Below are positions 11,777-24,995 of a stretch of DNA of 64,000 nt, piece after piece. The DNA is from Octopus bimaculoides (Eukaryota): the NCBI RefSeq assembly GCF_001194135.2, contig NC_068995.1:56459860-56523859 (forward strand), given 5' to 3'. Position numbers and translations under genes: made by a program. Below the pieces are notes generated by a model. It searched no databases. It was not told the origin of the DNA and worked only from the letters and a program-made list of their open reading frames with translations. The stretch's first letter is position 1, and every line of letters begins with the position of its first letter.

Positions 11777-12699
11777 CAAATTTTTGACTTTCTTGTCTTT
11801 GTTTTTTTCTTTTAGGTTTCATTATTTTTTGTTCAGTTTTTTTTTTTTGTTATTTTTCTAAATGAATCTTCCACATAAGATAAAAGAGGTTCTGTTGCTT
11901 TCTAATAGATTTACAGAGGAATGCTAAACTTAAATCAGAGATTCAATAGTAGAACATTTTTTTTGTTTGTTTGTTTTGTTTTTTACTTCTTTGATTCTGT
12001 TGTATCTATTTTTGGTATCACATTCGATCAACCTAATTTCAAAACAAATAAGAAAATAAATAAATATAGAAACACCAAAAACTGCAATGAAATTTACGTC
12101 AAAGCAGTATGCCAAGAGTACATCTGCTGTCTCTTCTGAGAATTTCAAATTCTACCGAGACTTGCAAAATTATTGTATGTCGCTCGTTGTAAATAATATT
12201 TTGAAATAAATTATATATACATCTTTTTTGGAAGACAAACTTCGATATTTTTTAATGAAGAAAAAATTTTAATTAAAAATTTTGTTTATTTTTTTTTACC
12301 ATAAAATTACTACATCTTCATTATCATTATCATCATCAACATTTTCATGTCCACTTTTCCAAGCTCGCATGGATTGGATGGAATTCCTTGAAACAAATTT
12401 TTTGACTGGATGCCTTTCCTGTCACCAATACTCATGTGTTTCAAAGTATGTTTCTCTCAGAGTCAGATATGTTTTTCAAGAGAAAATGGAAACAAGCACA
12501 GAGCTGTCTTTAGGCATGGGCATTCCAGGCAGTTGCTTGGGGTCTCCACAAATCTAGGGGCCCAGTACTAATCTGTCTGCTGTGACTGGCTGTCAATCTA
12601 TATATACTATAGAGCCCAGTCCAGTGACTTACCCAGAGGCCTATGGTGCTGCTAAGATGGCCCTGGACAAGGCTTAAAACCATCACATAATGTCAAGAC

Positions 12700-12831
12700 A
12701 AGGACACATACATATAAACAAGATAGGCTTCTTTCAGTTTCTGTCAACCAAATCCACTCACAAGGGCTTTGGTCAGCCTGGGGCAACAGTAAAAGACATT
12801 GGCCCAAAGTGCCATGCAATGGGATTGAATC
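12700..12831 (-). mobile_element. SINE family A, partial, interrupted
   Basis: ggcttctttcagtttctgtcaaccaaatccactcacaag...gccatgcaatgggattgaa. Confidence 0.8.
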
Positions 12832-13150
12832 TCAACGATTAGTCAGAGATGATTTTTAAAATGAGAATATCTGAAATAAACTCAACTGCTCTCACTAACA
12901 AGAATACTAAAAACGAACGCGACTGTTCCCCAAAATTAAGTAAAAAGATGGGAAAAATAATCCAGAATCCTTGTCTGGTATCAGTCTGATTCCAAAATCT
13001 AACCAATTCATGCCAATCGTGAGGCCAAATATCCCTGAAAGTTTCATCCAAACCCATCCAGCGGTTCTTGAGATATCTTGTCCATGGACAAACAAACAAA
13101 CAAACGCAACTGAAAACAATACCTCCGCCTCCGCTAAGGTGGAAGTAATA
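12832..13150 (+). mobile_element. Non-autonomous Helentron-associated (HINE)/Crypton-like element inserted into a SINE
   Basis: Core aaagtttcatccaaacccatccagcggttcttgagatatc, (acaa)n tract, 3' hairpin acctccgcc..aggtggaagt followed by aat; CpGs retained; begins where a SINE head breaks off. Confidence 0.55.
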
Positions 13151-13202
13151 ATAAACCTTTCTATTATAGGCACAAGGCCTGAAATTTTGGAGGAGGAGGA
13201 TA

Positions 13203-13365
13203 GTTGATTATTTCGAACTCAGTACTCAGCTGATACTAATTCTACCGACCCTGAAAGAATGAAAGGCAAAGTCAACGTTGGCAGAATTTGAACTCAGAAC
13301 CCATAGATGGACAAAATGCCGAGGTGTTTGTGCAGTGTGCAAACACTTCTGCCAGCTAACTCACT
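13203..13365 (-). mobile_element. SINE family B (Meta-domain-like core)
   Basis: Reverse complement of ttctgagttcaaattc...gactttgcctttcattctttcagggtcggtagaattagtatcagc. Confidence 0.75.
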
Positions 13366-13585
13366 TTAGTAGTAATAGTAGCAGTAGTAGTAATAATGCA
13401 ACTATCAACTGAATGCTAAACCCTCATAAAGTGAAAATAACTTTACATGTTTTTAGTAGTGTGGCCTACTTGATAATGTGCCATGTCTCACACAGCCCAC
13501 TTCTTCAAAAAAGGTTGCCCATGCCTACTCTACAGGATGACTTAATCTGTTAGAAACAGCAGTCAAATATCCCTTAACTCACACC

Positions 13586-13800
13586 TTCATCATCATCATT
13601 TAGTGTTTGACATGGATGGGATGGTTTGATAGGATCCAACAGGTTTGAAGAGTGCATTGTGCTCCACTGTTTGCTTTGGCATTCTTTCTACGGCTGGATA
13701 CCCTTCCTAGTGTCAACCAATCTACAGAGTGTGCTGGGTGCTTTTTCATGTCAATGACACAAGTAAGGTTACCTAAGCAGCTCACAAAACAAAAACTCCT
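13586..13800 (-). mobile_element. RTE-tailed retroelement fragment
   Basis: catcatcatttagtg...ggctggatacccttcctagtgtcaacc. Similar fragments at ~12325-12500, 24075-24500, 30450-30830 and 35395-35522. Confidence 0.65.
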
Positions 13801-13979
13801 TGACTGAAAGGATGTGGTAGTGAGGAGATATATTGCTGGACCAGCATGAAATGTTCTGTTTTAGAAATGGTATAATCTACAACTAACTTGGATATTGGAT
13901 TAAATACCTGATACATAGTAAAAAGTAAGACAGTCATTGCTGGAATGGTTTTTATAATACGAAGTATCTAGTGGAACCC

Positions 13980-14265
13980 AGCACTTATTTTAAAGTCTGG
14001 TAGTTATTCTATTGGTCTCTTTTGCTGAAATGCTAAGTCATGGGGTCTTAAACAAATCAACACCAGTCAAATGGTAATACGGGACAAACACAAACACACA
14101 TGTACACACATACATATACATACACACTTGACTGCTATACAGTTCCCATCTACCAAATCCACTCACAAGGATTTGGTTGACCCTACAGTAGAAGACACTT
14201 GCCTAAAGAGCCATGCAGTGAGACTGAGACCCAAAGCCACCCAGTTGCAAAGTGAGCTTCTTAAA
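13980..14265 (-). mobile_element. SINE family A
   Basis: Family internal and head sequence on the minus strand. Confidence 0.8.
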
Positions 14266-15149
14266 AACCCAACCAAAAAACTATGATAAGGATAATAGTA
14301 GAATGCAAAAATGTGTTAAATTTCCTATTATTCTGTTATTCTTTCATTACTTGAAGCTAAGAGTAGCATTTGCATTATTTTAAAATTTCCTTCACAAACA
14401 ATAAAATTAAGACTCATGAAATTATTTGAAATAATAAAAAAATAAATTACATTCTTTGATTTAACCAAAGTCAGTATGGCATTCAACAATTTAACACAGA
14501 TTTGGCTAATGTCTGTGTGTGTGGGGGGGGGGGGGGGGCAAGGAAGGATTGTGCTGGGGATGGATTGTTAATGTATTCTTGTTTACTCATTCATTATGCT
14601 TTGTCACATCAAGAATTATCTTAACTCTTGTTACATATTGGATGTCAGTTCAAGTTGAAGGAAAATAGCTAAGTTGTGTGATCATTCTGGTCATTGCTCT
14701 TGACCAATAATTGTCTTAAATGTCAAAATAACAAGAGGTCTCTTCATCTTGAAAACATACTGAAGCAGCACATAAACTTTTCTTGTAAGAAAGAAAATGC
14801 CATTCCAAGAAGTCCTCTGTTTTTGCTTTTCAACTTAAAAATAATAAACAAATATATAACATAAGATATAAATTCAGAATAATTGAAATATCATTTTATT
14901 GTTCTTCCCAAAGCTGCATTTTATTATTATTTTATTTTAAAAAATTTTAAGAATATCTATTTATTTAATTTTTTTTATGGACAGTCACTTTTTAAAATAA
15001 AAGGTGATTATGAAAAAGTTTTTTCTTTTCTCTTTTTGTTTCTGGCCAATATATGAGAAGATTAATTAAAATTCTAGCAAAATAAATATTTTGCTTGCTA
15101 TAATTATCCTTATCATAATTTTCAAATTAATGCATTTACGTTTAACTTT

Positions 15150-15365
15150 TATCTTCTATCTTTTAATTGTTTCCAGTCATTGGCCTGCAGCCACGATGGG
15201 GGCATCCCTTTGAAGAGTTTAGTCAAATAAACATTGAACCTAGTATTCATTTTAAAATCTGATATTTATTCTATCGATGGTTTTTGCTGAACAGCTAAGT
15301 TATGGGGGACACCAACAAACTAACACTAGTCGTTAGGCAGAAGTGGGGACAAACACAATGACACG

Positions 15366-15398
<33 letters not shown>

Positions 15399-15750
15399 GT
15401 CAATTCAAATAAATGAATAATAAAATTAACAGACAACAAGAGTACATATACATGGAATGTATAAGTTTGTTGCTCATTAAAAAGAGTTTGATATTTTGAG
15501 CATAGCTCTTCATTGGAAATGAGAAAGAGAAAAGTCCAAAGAAGGAAAAGAAATCGCCAACAGCACTTGTGTAGTGCCAGGGTTCCACACAGTTTCCATG
15601 AACCATATTCACTAACCAGGCCTTGAGTGGTCTGGAGCTATAGTAAAAGACACTTGCCCAGAGTGCCATACTGTGGGATTGAACCTGAAGCCAAGTGGTT
15701 TTAGAAGTAAGCTTCTAAACCACACAGCCATATTTCTGTGATGCCTGTGC
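15150..15750 (-). mobile_element. SINE family A, tail (15150-15390) and head (15590-15750) separated by other sequence
   Basis: Both segments match family A in the same orientation. Confidence 0.7.
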
Positions 15751-15779
15751 CTAAAATAACTGGTGCTTGTCGTGGGACA

Positions 15780-16910
15780 AATGGGTGCTGGTTATTTTTA
15801 GGTACAGTTGATAAAATATCAATCAATTAATGGAATAATCCCTTTCCTCCCAAAATTTCTGGCCTTCTGCTTGTTTAAGAAATCATTGGTAGAATTATCA
15901 GAGTAGTGAACAGAATGCCAAGTGGTATTAGTTCCATTTTTTCTTTTTTTTACATTTTGAGTTCAAATCCTGCCAAAGTCAACTTTGCCTTTCATCTTAC
16001 CAGGATTGATAAAATAAACAACTGATCAAGTATTGTAGTTGATGTAATTGATTAGTCCCCTCTCCCAAATTTCAGGCCTTGTGCCTATAATAGAAAGGTA
16101 TTATTATTATTATTATTAAAATGGAGAGCTGGCAGAATTGTTAATGTGCTGGAAAAAATGCTTAGCAGAATTTCATCTGTCTTTACATTCTGAGTTCAAA
16201 TTCTTCTTCATTATTATTAAGTCCCTTTCGGGGTCAATAAAAATAGGTACCATTTGAGTACTGGGTCGATGGAATAGACTTATCCCCTCCCCAATCTTGC
16301 TGGCCTTGTGCCAAAATTTGAAACCATCATTATTATCATTATTAAATATTATAGGGCTGGTGATTTCATAAAATCATTATACATTGAGTAATTAAGACAG
16401 CTAATTGGCAAAAGTGTTAGCATGCCGGATAGAATGCTTAATGACTCATTTCATTCTGAGTTCAAATTCCACAAAGGCCATCACTACCTTTCATTTTTCA
16501 GGGTCATCATTATCATCGTTTAACGTCCATTTTCCATGCTGGCATGGGTTGGACGGTTTCACAGGTCTGGAGAGCCAGTGAGCTGCACCAGGCTTCAATC
16601 TGATCTGGCAATGTTTCTACAGCTGGCTGCCCTTCCTAATGCCAACCACTCCGAGAGTGTAGTGGGTGTTTTTTACATGCCACCGGCACAGGAGCCAGTC
16701 AGGCGGGCCTGGCATCGATCATGTTTGGATAGTGCTTTTTATGTGTCACCGGCACAAGGGGCAGTCAGGGGGTACTGGCATTGGCCATGTTTGGATGGTG
16801 CTTTTTACGTGCACCAAAATAAAAACCAGTTGATCACTAATCAACTAAACCCTCCCTACAACCCTTCTAAAAATAATGCTGGCCTTGTGCCAAAAACTGA
16901 AAGCAGTTAT
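15780..16910 (+). mobile_element. Head-to-tail cluster of family B (Meta-like) SINEs, last copy interrupted
   Basis: ctgagttcaaat at ~15957, 16190 and 16456, each followed by (c/g)cctttcat/gggtc core and ggccttgtgcc tail, separated by ATT-rich tails. Confidence 0.8.
16505..16815 (-). mobile_element. Young RTE-tailed retroelement nested in a family B SINE
   Basis: catcgtttaacgtccatttccatgctggcatgggttggacgg...; CpGs kept; ~65-bp internal tandem unit (caccggcaca...gtttggat.gtgctttt). Confidence 0.85.
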
Positions 16911-17359
16911 TAAATATAATTTTAATTTTGGTGGCAACCATGGTGATACAAAATGCTACAACTACTAAAAGTTGCAGTCGCTAACGAGGCTAATGATGCA
17001 AAAAAAAAAATGGGAAGCTTAACTCTCAAGAGAGAATTAGCAATAGGAAAGAGGAGGAAGCAACAGAAACGGTAAAAATCAAATTGCACAATTCTCTAAA
17101 GTACACTTAAGGGGTGAAACCACCAGATTCCCCACCGATGTCTGAGATGTGTCAGCAGACAAAATAATAACGATATCTCTCTGTAATAAATTATTCCTGT
17201 TATTAGTGTTGCTATTACCGTTCTAGTTGGTGCTGGTTATCAATTTGCTTCTTATCATCCTTGTTCTTGACAGTAATAGTAGCGAGTGGATTTCAGTTTG
17301 GTTGCACTTGTTCTTGATTCTCTTTTACTTTTTTCTATTTTCTTAAAAGGAGTTGATAA

Positions 17360-17383
17360 TATTGGTACTGGTTATTATTATTA

Positions 17384-17414
<31 letters not shown>

Positions 17415-17464
17415 CATTATTATTATTATTATTACCAATATATTATAATAATTCTTGTTCTTCT

Positions 17465-17495
<31 letters not shown>

Positions 17496-17825
17496 GGTAT
17501 AATTATTGCATTCATTGCTTCTGGTGGTGTTGATGGAGATACAAGTGAGTTATCACCTTTTTTTTTGTTTATTTTATATTTTTGAAAAAAGAAAATTATT
17601 TCATAGTTATTATTAGTAGTACAGTGATGTGATGGAAGAACATTTCCTCATCCTCATCATCCTCATTACCACCATGACCACCACCTCAATCATTGTCATT
17701 ATCAATCATCATCCTCCTCCTCATCATCATCATCACAATCATCACAATCATCAACACTTGCACACTGCACCACATCATCACTCTCATTGTCACTGCTACC
17801 ACCACCACCACCACCACCACCACCT
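17360..17825. repeat. Trinucleotide runs (ATT)n, (GTA)n, (CAT)n, (CAC)n
   Basis: Directly visible; source of the poly-Tyr and poly-His ORFs. Confidence 0.95.
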
Positions 17826-19799
17826 TTTTTCTCCTCCTTCTCCTCTCCCCTTCCTCTTTTTTCTCTTTATTTGTTTTAGCCAGAATTGCATTTTATCTTG
17901 CATCAACAACCTGAGGAAGAAAACGTTTCAAATGAGGAAGTGAGAACAGGGATTCTGCTCTAAACCGAAAGAGAAAGAAAGAAAACAAAACCAATCTTCG
18001 GTTTGAAAAAATAAAATAAAAACCTACAACAAAACAAAAAAAAAGTGATAGATGAAAACTTCATAGTTTGTATTTCTGTATCTAAAATGAACATACAAGA
18101 GAGAGAGAGAGAGANNNNNNNNNNNNNNNNNNNNNNNNNNNNNNNNNNNNNNNNNNNNNNNNNNNNNNNNNNNNNNNNNNNNNNNNNNNNNNNNNNNNNN
18201 NNNNNNNNNNNNNNNNNNNNNNNNNNNNNNNNNNNNNNNNNNNNNNNNNNNNNNNNNNNNNNNNNNNNNNNNNNNNNNNNNNNNNNNNNNNNNNNNNNNN
18301 NNNNNNNNNNNNNNNNNNNNNNNNNNNNNNNNNNNNNNNNNAGAGAGAGAGAGAGAGAGATGAAGGAGGCAATGCATGTATTATGTGACTCTATGAACAT
18401 ATCAGGTTTCTTAACACCAAAGGCTTGATCTCATACTGGAATGAAGTTAGGATAAGGCAAAGATGGATTTCTGGACAGTTAGTTGCAGGAGAGATGGTGG
18501 TGGTGGTGGTGGGTGGTATTTGGGGGGTGGGGTGAAGGGTGGATGTAAAGGACAGAAAGCAAAACCTAATTTGGATAAGATTGGTCTAGTGTCCAGAGGG
18601 GAAGGGCAAAGGTTTTCCTGACGAGTGTGAAAGAAGGAGCTGAGGACAGGAAATGTGGCAAGTGGAAACTGGGATGGAAAAACTGATGGAACAGTGTGTT
18701 CGTTACATTGTGAGAATGGATGCTGAGAGTAGGACTAGAAGGATGTACGAAACAGAGAAAGGAAATGAAATCTGAGGAAAAAAAACAATAAAAAAAAAGA
18801 GGCAAAGGAAAGAAAAAAATTTCCAAAAGGAATAGAAATGGTAAAGAGATTAAAAAAAAACAAAAAAACTCAATGAAATGGAAAAGAAAGAAGAAAGAGG
18901 TGAGAGAGAGAGAAATTCAATTTAATGTTAAATTGAAAACTAAATTAAAGTTTGGGGTTAGGGTAACTCTATCCAAACTGTGGAGGACCTGGATGAGTTT
19001 CTTATTCTATTGATAGATTATAGGCTTGGACATTGATTTTGTTGTTCTTCTTCACCGTTTCTCATATCCTTCACTTTCTATCTTTTACTCCCTCATGCTC
19101 CCCATCACCATCTCCTCTCATTTCCCTTATCCTAGCAGCAATTTTCATGTGAATTCTACCAGTCTTAAAGATGTTCTCAGTTTCTTCTTCAACTTCCCGT
19201 TCAGCATCGGTTTCTCGAATTTCTATTGCATTGTTTGTTACAAACTAGTTTACTAAAATTTCAACAACCATAGATGGAAGAAAGAAGATGAATGAAAACC
19301 ATAAGAGATGAGATACACAGCTCGACTATCTGCTTGTCTGTTGGCTATATTCTACACAAATCCTGCAATATCTCTAAGTTATGCAAGAGAAGATTGGAAA
19401 TTTTCAATCTCTATGGAAATTATACTTCATCAACAAAGATATAAAAATGACATTTTAAAGCTTCAAAACTAACGTTGATTTCTGTTATTTATATAGTTTC
19501 CCTCCATATAAAATAATTTTTATTAGAAATATATAAATCACAGTAATAAAATAGTTGACGACTGCTCAAAGCCAAGCATGACTGGGGTTTTTTTTTGTTG
19601 TTTCCTTTTTTGTCAGATGGACATCAATGTTTGATCAATGGAATCAAATTCTAATGCTTTGTATGTCGTTTCAATCCCAAGTCAAATATTGTGAGAGGAA
19701 GCAAAAAAGCAAGGAAACTGAGAAAAGTGAAAATTTCTTAACTAAATCTATCTCGATAAAGAATAAAAAAAGAAAACTAGTTTTAGGAATGCAAAGGAA

Positions 19800-19985
19800 G
19801 ACGGCAGCTGGAAGAATCCTTACTGTGCCAGACATTTCTTCTGCTCTTGATGCTGCTGAGTTTAACTTTGTCTTTCATCTTTTTGGGGTCAATAAAGTAA
19901 GTACTAGTTGAGCACTGCGGTTGATATAACCGATTTGCCCCTCACCTCAGAACTGCTGGCCTTATAACAAAGATTAGAAAGAATT
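19800..19985 (+). mobile_element. SINE family B
   Basis: agctggaagaatcctta...ctttcatctttttggggtcaataaagtaagtactagttgagcact. Confidence 0.78.
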
Positions 19986-20384
19986 ATGAATACAAGGAGC
20001 TTCTGCTTGTACAACAGTCAATTACTACCTTAAACAAAACCCAACCACAATTACCCTAAGAAAACCCCTGGGATTATCCAGAGAAGAACACTTATGAAAT
20101 ACATAAATACATGATAAAACTTACATAACAGATTTGGAGACTGTTGATAGTTCAATAGTAGTTGATCAATCCCATTTATTGTTGTTTGTTCCTTCTCGAG
20201 CCATGCCTGGCTAATAAGGGCCAGTTTCTCAGTTTCATTGGCGTATAGCAGCGGTTGGCAAAAGAAATCAATGCAATAAATACCAGGCTTAAAATATATA
20301 AGTTCTGGGGGTCAACTCTACCTTTGAAAGAAGAGACCCAGCATGGCCCTGCCCCAATGACTGAAAGCAGTACAAGATAAAGGG

Positions 20385-20645
20385 ATATGAATGTGTTGAA
20401 GAATCAGAGAAGAGATTTCAGACGTGGAAATCTTAGAATGGAGAAGTCTTGCAGAGAAAAGATGGGGCTTCCATCTGGGAAGAGACAGTGTTCAACAAGC
20501 AGAAAACAAATAGGGATGATTTCTGTATGGTGGACCCTGTGTCAACAAAGGGCACACAAATGCAGTGGGATCAAAGGTAAGATGACATAAAGAGGAGACT
20601 TCATATGTCACAGATATGCAAGAGGTATTAGCATTCAGAGAACCT
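20385..20645 (+). mobile_element. Old RTE-like LINE 3' ORF remnant
   Basis: Broken frames give DVEILEWRSLAEKR...SVQQAENK and FICHRYARG, resembling RTE C-termini (WEsLAeDRs.W..; F.C..C.R). Confidence 0.4.
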
Positions 20646-21859
20646 TTGAAATAATAAGTTCTTTTAAAGACACTTAGAAGGGCTCTTGGAAGTAGTTGAC
20701 AGCTTCTAGATAAATAATCTTTGTTAATATTAAAAGAACACTTTAAATATACTCTGTAGATGTATACATAAAAAAATGAAAATAAGAAAAACATTCCATT
20801 ACAATAAAATAAAAGGATTCATTTAAAATAGAAAGGAAATGCAATAAAGATATTGAATATAATAAAGCATTCTGAGAGATTTTCATCAGTACAAATGTAA
20901 TGAATATATATATATCTGATGGCTTTGAGGATGTATGTGAATGTGTTTATGAGTTGTCAAGAATTACATTCTATTGTGAAAAATAGAGAAATAAAAAAAA
21001 TGTGACAACAACTTATTGTTTTACTTATGTGTCCATTGATTACTTCCCTTGAATATCACTTTTTTAAAAAACATTTTGAAAGAAAAATATTTCGGCTTTC
21101 ATTTGATTAAAGAATTATATTAGCTAATCCAATATAATATAGATACATTTTTTTTAAAGAAAAAATTTCAACGAGAAAGTGGTTAGATTGTTGTGCATGG
21201 AAGTGTATGAGTGTGTGTGTGTGTATGAGATGTAAACAGAGAGAGGGAGAGAGAGAGAGAGAGTTTGTGTATGCTAATGTACTTCACATTTATAGGGGAC
21301 ATTATCAGACTTACATAAATGAACAGTTCTAAACAGAATAGAATACAAATTCCACCATACACAAAGTGAATTTAATTGAAAGTGTATCAAAATGAAGAAA
21401 TGCAAATGAGATACATCAAAGGAGATGTGCTGCAAACCATGGATAATCAAGATAAGTAAAGATTTGCAAGAGTAACATATTTAAATAAACCCTGTATGTG
21501 TGTGTGTGTAAAAACACCCACATATATATATATATGCATTTATGTATATATTAACAAAAGAGAAATCTGCCAGTGTTATACACTTGACATATAAACTAAT
21601 GAATATATTTACATACTACTGAGTCTTATGCAGTATATTGAAAGGATTCTGCTAACATTTGCATATATACCCTTCTACACAAGCATGTACACACACTCTC
21701 TCTCTCTCTCTCACACACACACACTTGCCTAAATTAAACAGCAATACAGAATACATCAGATTCATATAGATTGACAAATATGTCTCAATGATTTATATAG
21801 ATATATATATACATACATACACACACACATATAATGTACATACATATATATACATGTAG

Positions 21860-21958
<99 letters not shown>

Positions 21959-22532
21959 CATGCATACACACACACTCATAAAGGCTGTATATGAAGGATG
22001 TACACAAATATACCTTACTACACAGTACAATGATACAGAATATTCAGAGAACCTTGCCCTCAGCTAGTCAATTTCCTTGCCAATTTCCTCTCTATTCCAA
22101 TCTCTATTGATGGAACTTATATCCTATGAAATTAAGAATACCCCAAAGATCATTCTTTCTGAACAAAAAGTGACGAAGTTTCATTTGAACTCTTTCTTGT
22201 CAAGCACTCATCTCAAATTACCCACTCACTCCTAACTTACATCAATAAACGTTGGTGGTGGTGGTGGTGGTGGTGGGGTAATTTTTACCTTATTTCAATC
22301 CTCAATCAGGTGTACTTCAAAAATACTTTCTCTTTTTGTTTGAGGTAAAAAGAGTTAGTATATGACATTTCTGGCAATGGGGATAGGTCTGTGTCTCCCC
22401 CACACGATTCACGCAGAACACATAATTACTCTCAGGTGCCATTTAGGAATGCTTTGAAAAGACCATGGGCACTTGGTCAGGTAATCAAATGCAAATAAAG
22501 TCAAAATCCATTCAGCGGAATTTTAAATGGCT

Positions 22533-22577
<45 letters not shown>

Positions 22578-22964
22578 AAACTGGAGCTGAGCTAATTTCA
22601 TTTGCTGCCATATTCAAGACTTTTTGACAATACCCTTTTGTTTATGAATATAAAATCAAAACCTGTCAGATTCTTAAGCAAAACTAACAAACAAAAGATA
22701 CACTCACTGTTTCACACTAGTTTTTATTGACAATGGTTTCTGTGTCACAAATTCTTGGTAATATCAAATAAACATGTTGATTTGCTTTAGTTATTATTAA
22801 AATCTGAGGTCAAAAATAAAGATTTTCATTGATAAATAGTTTAGTTTTATGAATTTGTGTTGCAAGATTCTTGATGTTGGGCCATGTGTTGAAACAGAAG
22901 TTATATTTCAGGATGGTAATTCTTAAATTTTGTTTTCCAAATAAACACACGCACTATATAACTT

Positions 22965-23085
22965 TGCCTTTCAACCTTTCAGAGTCGATAAAATAAGTAC
23001 CAGTGGAACACTGGGGTCAATGTAATCTACTGCCTTTCCCTCCCCCTAAAATTTCAGGCCTTGTGCCTAGAGTAGATAAGAATAT
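22965..23085 (+). mobile_element. SINE family B 3' part
   Basis: ctttgcctttcaacctttcagagtcgataaaataagtaccagtggaacactggggtc. Confidence 0.8.
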
Positions 23086-23568
23086 TTCTTTTCTGTGTAC
23101 TCAGCACGTTTCTTAGGTCGTATTCCAAGTTATATTACTTCCCCCACTGAATAATATTATCAAGTAGGAATGTAACTATTATAACAGTAGTTATTCTAAA
23201 CACTAGTAATAGATAAAAATCTTCATCCTTGTCACTTTTTCCATAAAGAAAACTGACAATAGATATACGATTATATATCTGAGTGTAAAGAAAACTGGAC
23301 TGGACATGTTAAGATGCATTCATATACACATTAGACATGCATCAAAAATATCCTTCTTCACACACACACACACACACACACATATATTTATGTATGTAAA
23401 GAATCAATACTGAAGCTGTATATGGACAAACATGCATGTATATACAAGTAGAAGCCATGGCAAATACAGAGAGAAGAAATAACAAAAGACAAATGAACAT
23501 AAAACGAGGGAACGGTTATGGACACTTCAAAAAGAATTTCTGAACATGACTACGTGTACTTGTGGGTA

Positions 23569-23641
<73 letters not shown>

Positions 23642-23775
23642 GTGTGTGTGTGTGTGTGTGCCTATATATATGCATATATATATACACACACACATATATA
23701 TATATATATATACACACACAAACATATTTATATATATATACATATATACACACATATTAATATACAAATATATAT

Positions 23776-23811
<36 letters not shown>

Positions 23812-24764
23812 CTGAGTTTTCAAACTGCAGAAACTTCGAATGATCAAATTTCTATTGAATCATTCAAAGTTGCTGATTAACTACTTTGCTATACCAAGTT
23901 TCTTAATTATGTCATTTCATTCAGATGGAGTTAACTATTAGTTTCAAACCAATACGACATCTGCCACCTCCTGCTTCTCATCACAGTGGTCATCCCCCAC
24001 CACCATCCCACTGCCAGCTTTTTTGTTTAACATGCTGTCATGAGTTGTATGAAACCTATTAAAGCAAAATTAATGCTCATTTTCCATGTTAGCATGGGTT
24101 GGATGGCTTGACAAGAACTGGCAAGGCCAGGGACCACACCTGGTTCCATAGTCTGTTTTTGGATTGGTCTTTAGAAACCAATGCCCTACCTAATGCCAGC
24201 TACTTTACAGAATGTATGGAGTGTGTTTTTTGTGGTACCAACACCAGTGCTTTTTAGATGACACCAACATCAAGGCGTTTTATGTGATCTGTTCAACTAA
24301 AATAAACCATCATCTTTTTAACAACCACTTTTCCATTCTTACTTGGGTGGGATGGAGTTCACTTAGGCAGATTTTCTACCTGTCACCAACCCTCATCAGT
24401 TTGCATGAAAGGTAGTATTTCACCATGGCCAGACATATTTTTGCAGCAGATTGGAAATGAAATTCACTGCCTGTATGACAGGCAATGCCAAAACAAGAAG
24501 ACACTAATACACACACAGGGACATCTCTTTTATCTTTTGCTCATTTCAGTCAATGAGCTGCAGCCATGCTGGAGCAAAACCTAGACCAAATTGACCTCAG
24601 TCTCTTCTTCCAAACCACTTGCAGCCCAGTAAAAAAAAAAATCTTCACTGATCAGCTCTTTACTGACCATAGGATATTATTCTGCTGACCTCTATACCAG
24701 GCGTGGATCATAATAAGTGACACGATCAAGCCAAGGAAATCTGAGCAAGTTCAACCAGAGAGGG

Positions 24765-24995
24765 TGATGATGATGATGACAAGAATGATAATGATGATGA
24801 TGGCAAGGAGATGAAAATGATAACAAGGAAGATAATGATGGTGATAAAGATGATGATGGTGGTGGTGATGATTATGACAATGATGATGATGATGATGACA
24901 ATGATGATAACTGAAATGATGACAAGAATGATGATAAGAATAAGAATGGTGAAGATGATGATGACAATGCCACAGACAATAATGATGACAATGAA
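24765..24995. repeat. Degenerate (ATG/GAT)n microsatellite
   Basis: Directly visible; similar tracts at 40355-40480 and 52680-52770. Confidence 0.95.

Noticed and set aside
16730-16815. Direct repeats that could be read as a CRISPR-like array
   Set aside because: Only about two units of a tandem repeat with no unique spacers, inside a eukaryotic retroelement.
16536-16913. 125-aa plus ORF with internal repeat
   Set aside because: Antisense reading of a non-autonomous retroelement with a tandem unit.
17629-17943. Poly-His ORF suggesting a metal-binding protein
   Set aside because: Degenerate (CAT)n/(CAC)n microsatellite with no splice or codon support.
18690-18780. VRYIVRMDAESRTRRMYE, faintly like an RTE C-terminus
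   Set aside because: Too short and degenerate to call.
22436-22490. 45-nt AG-GT bounded segment with accATGG and a downstream ATGCAAAT octamer
   Set aside because: No compatible neighbouring exon or other support; such motifs occur by chance in 64 kb.
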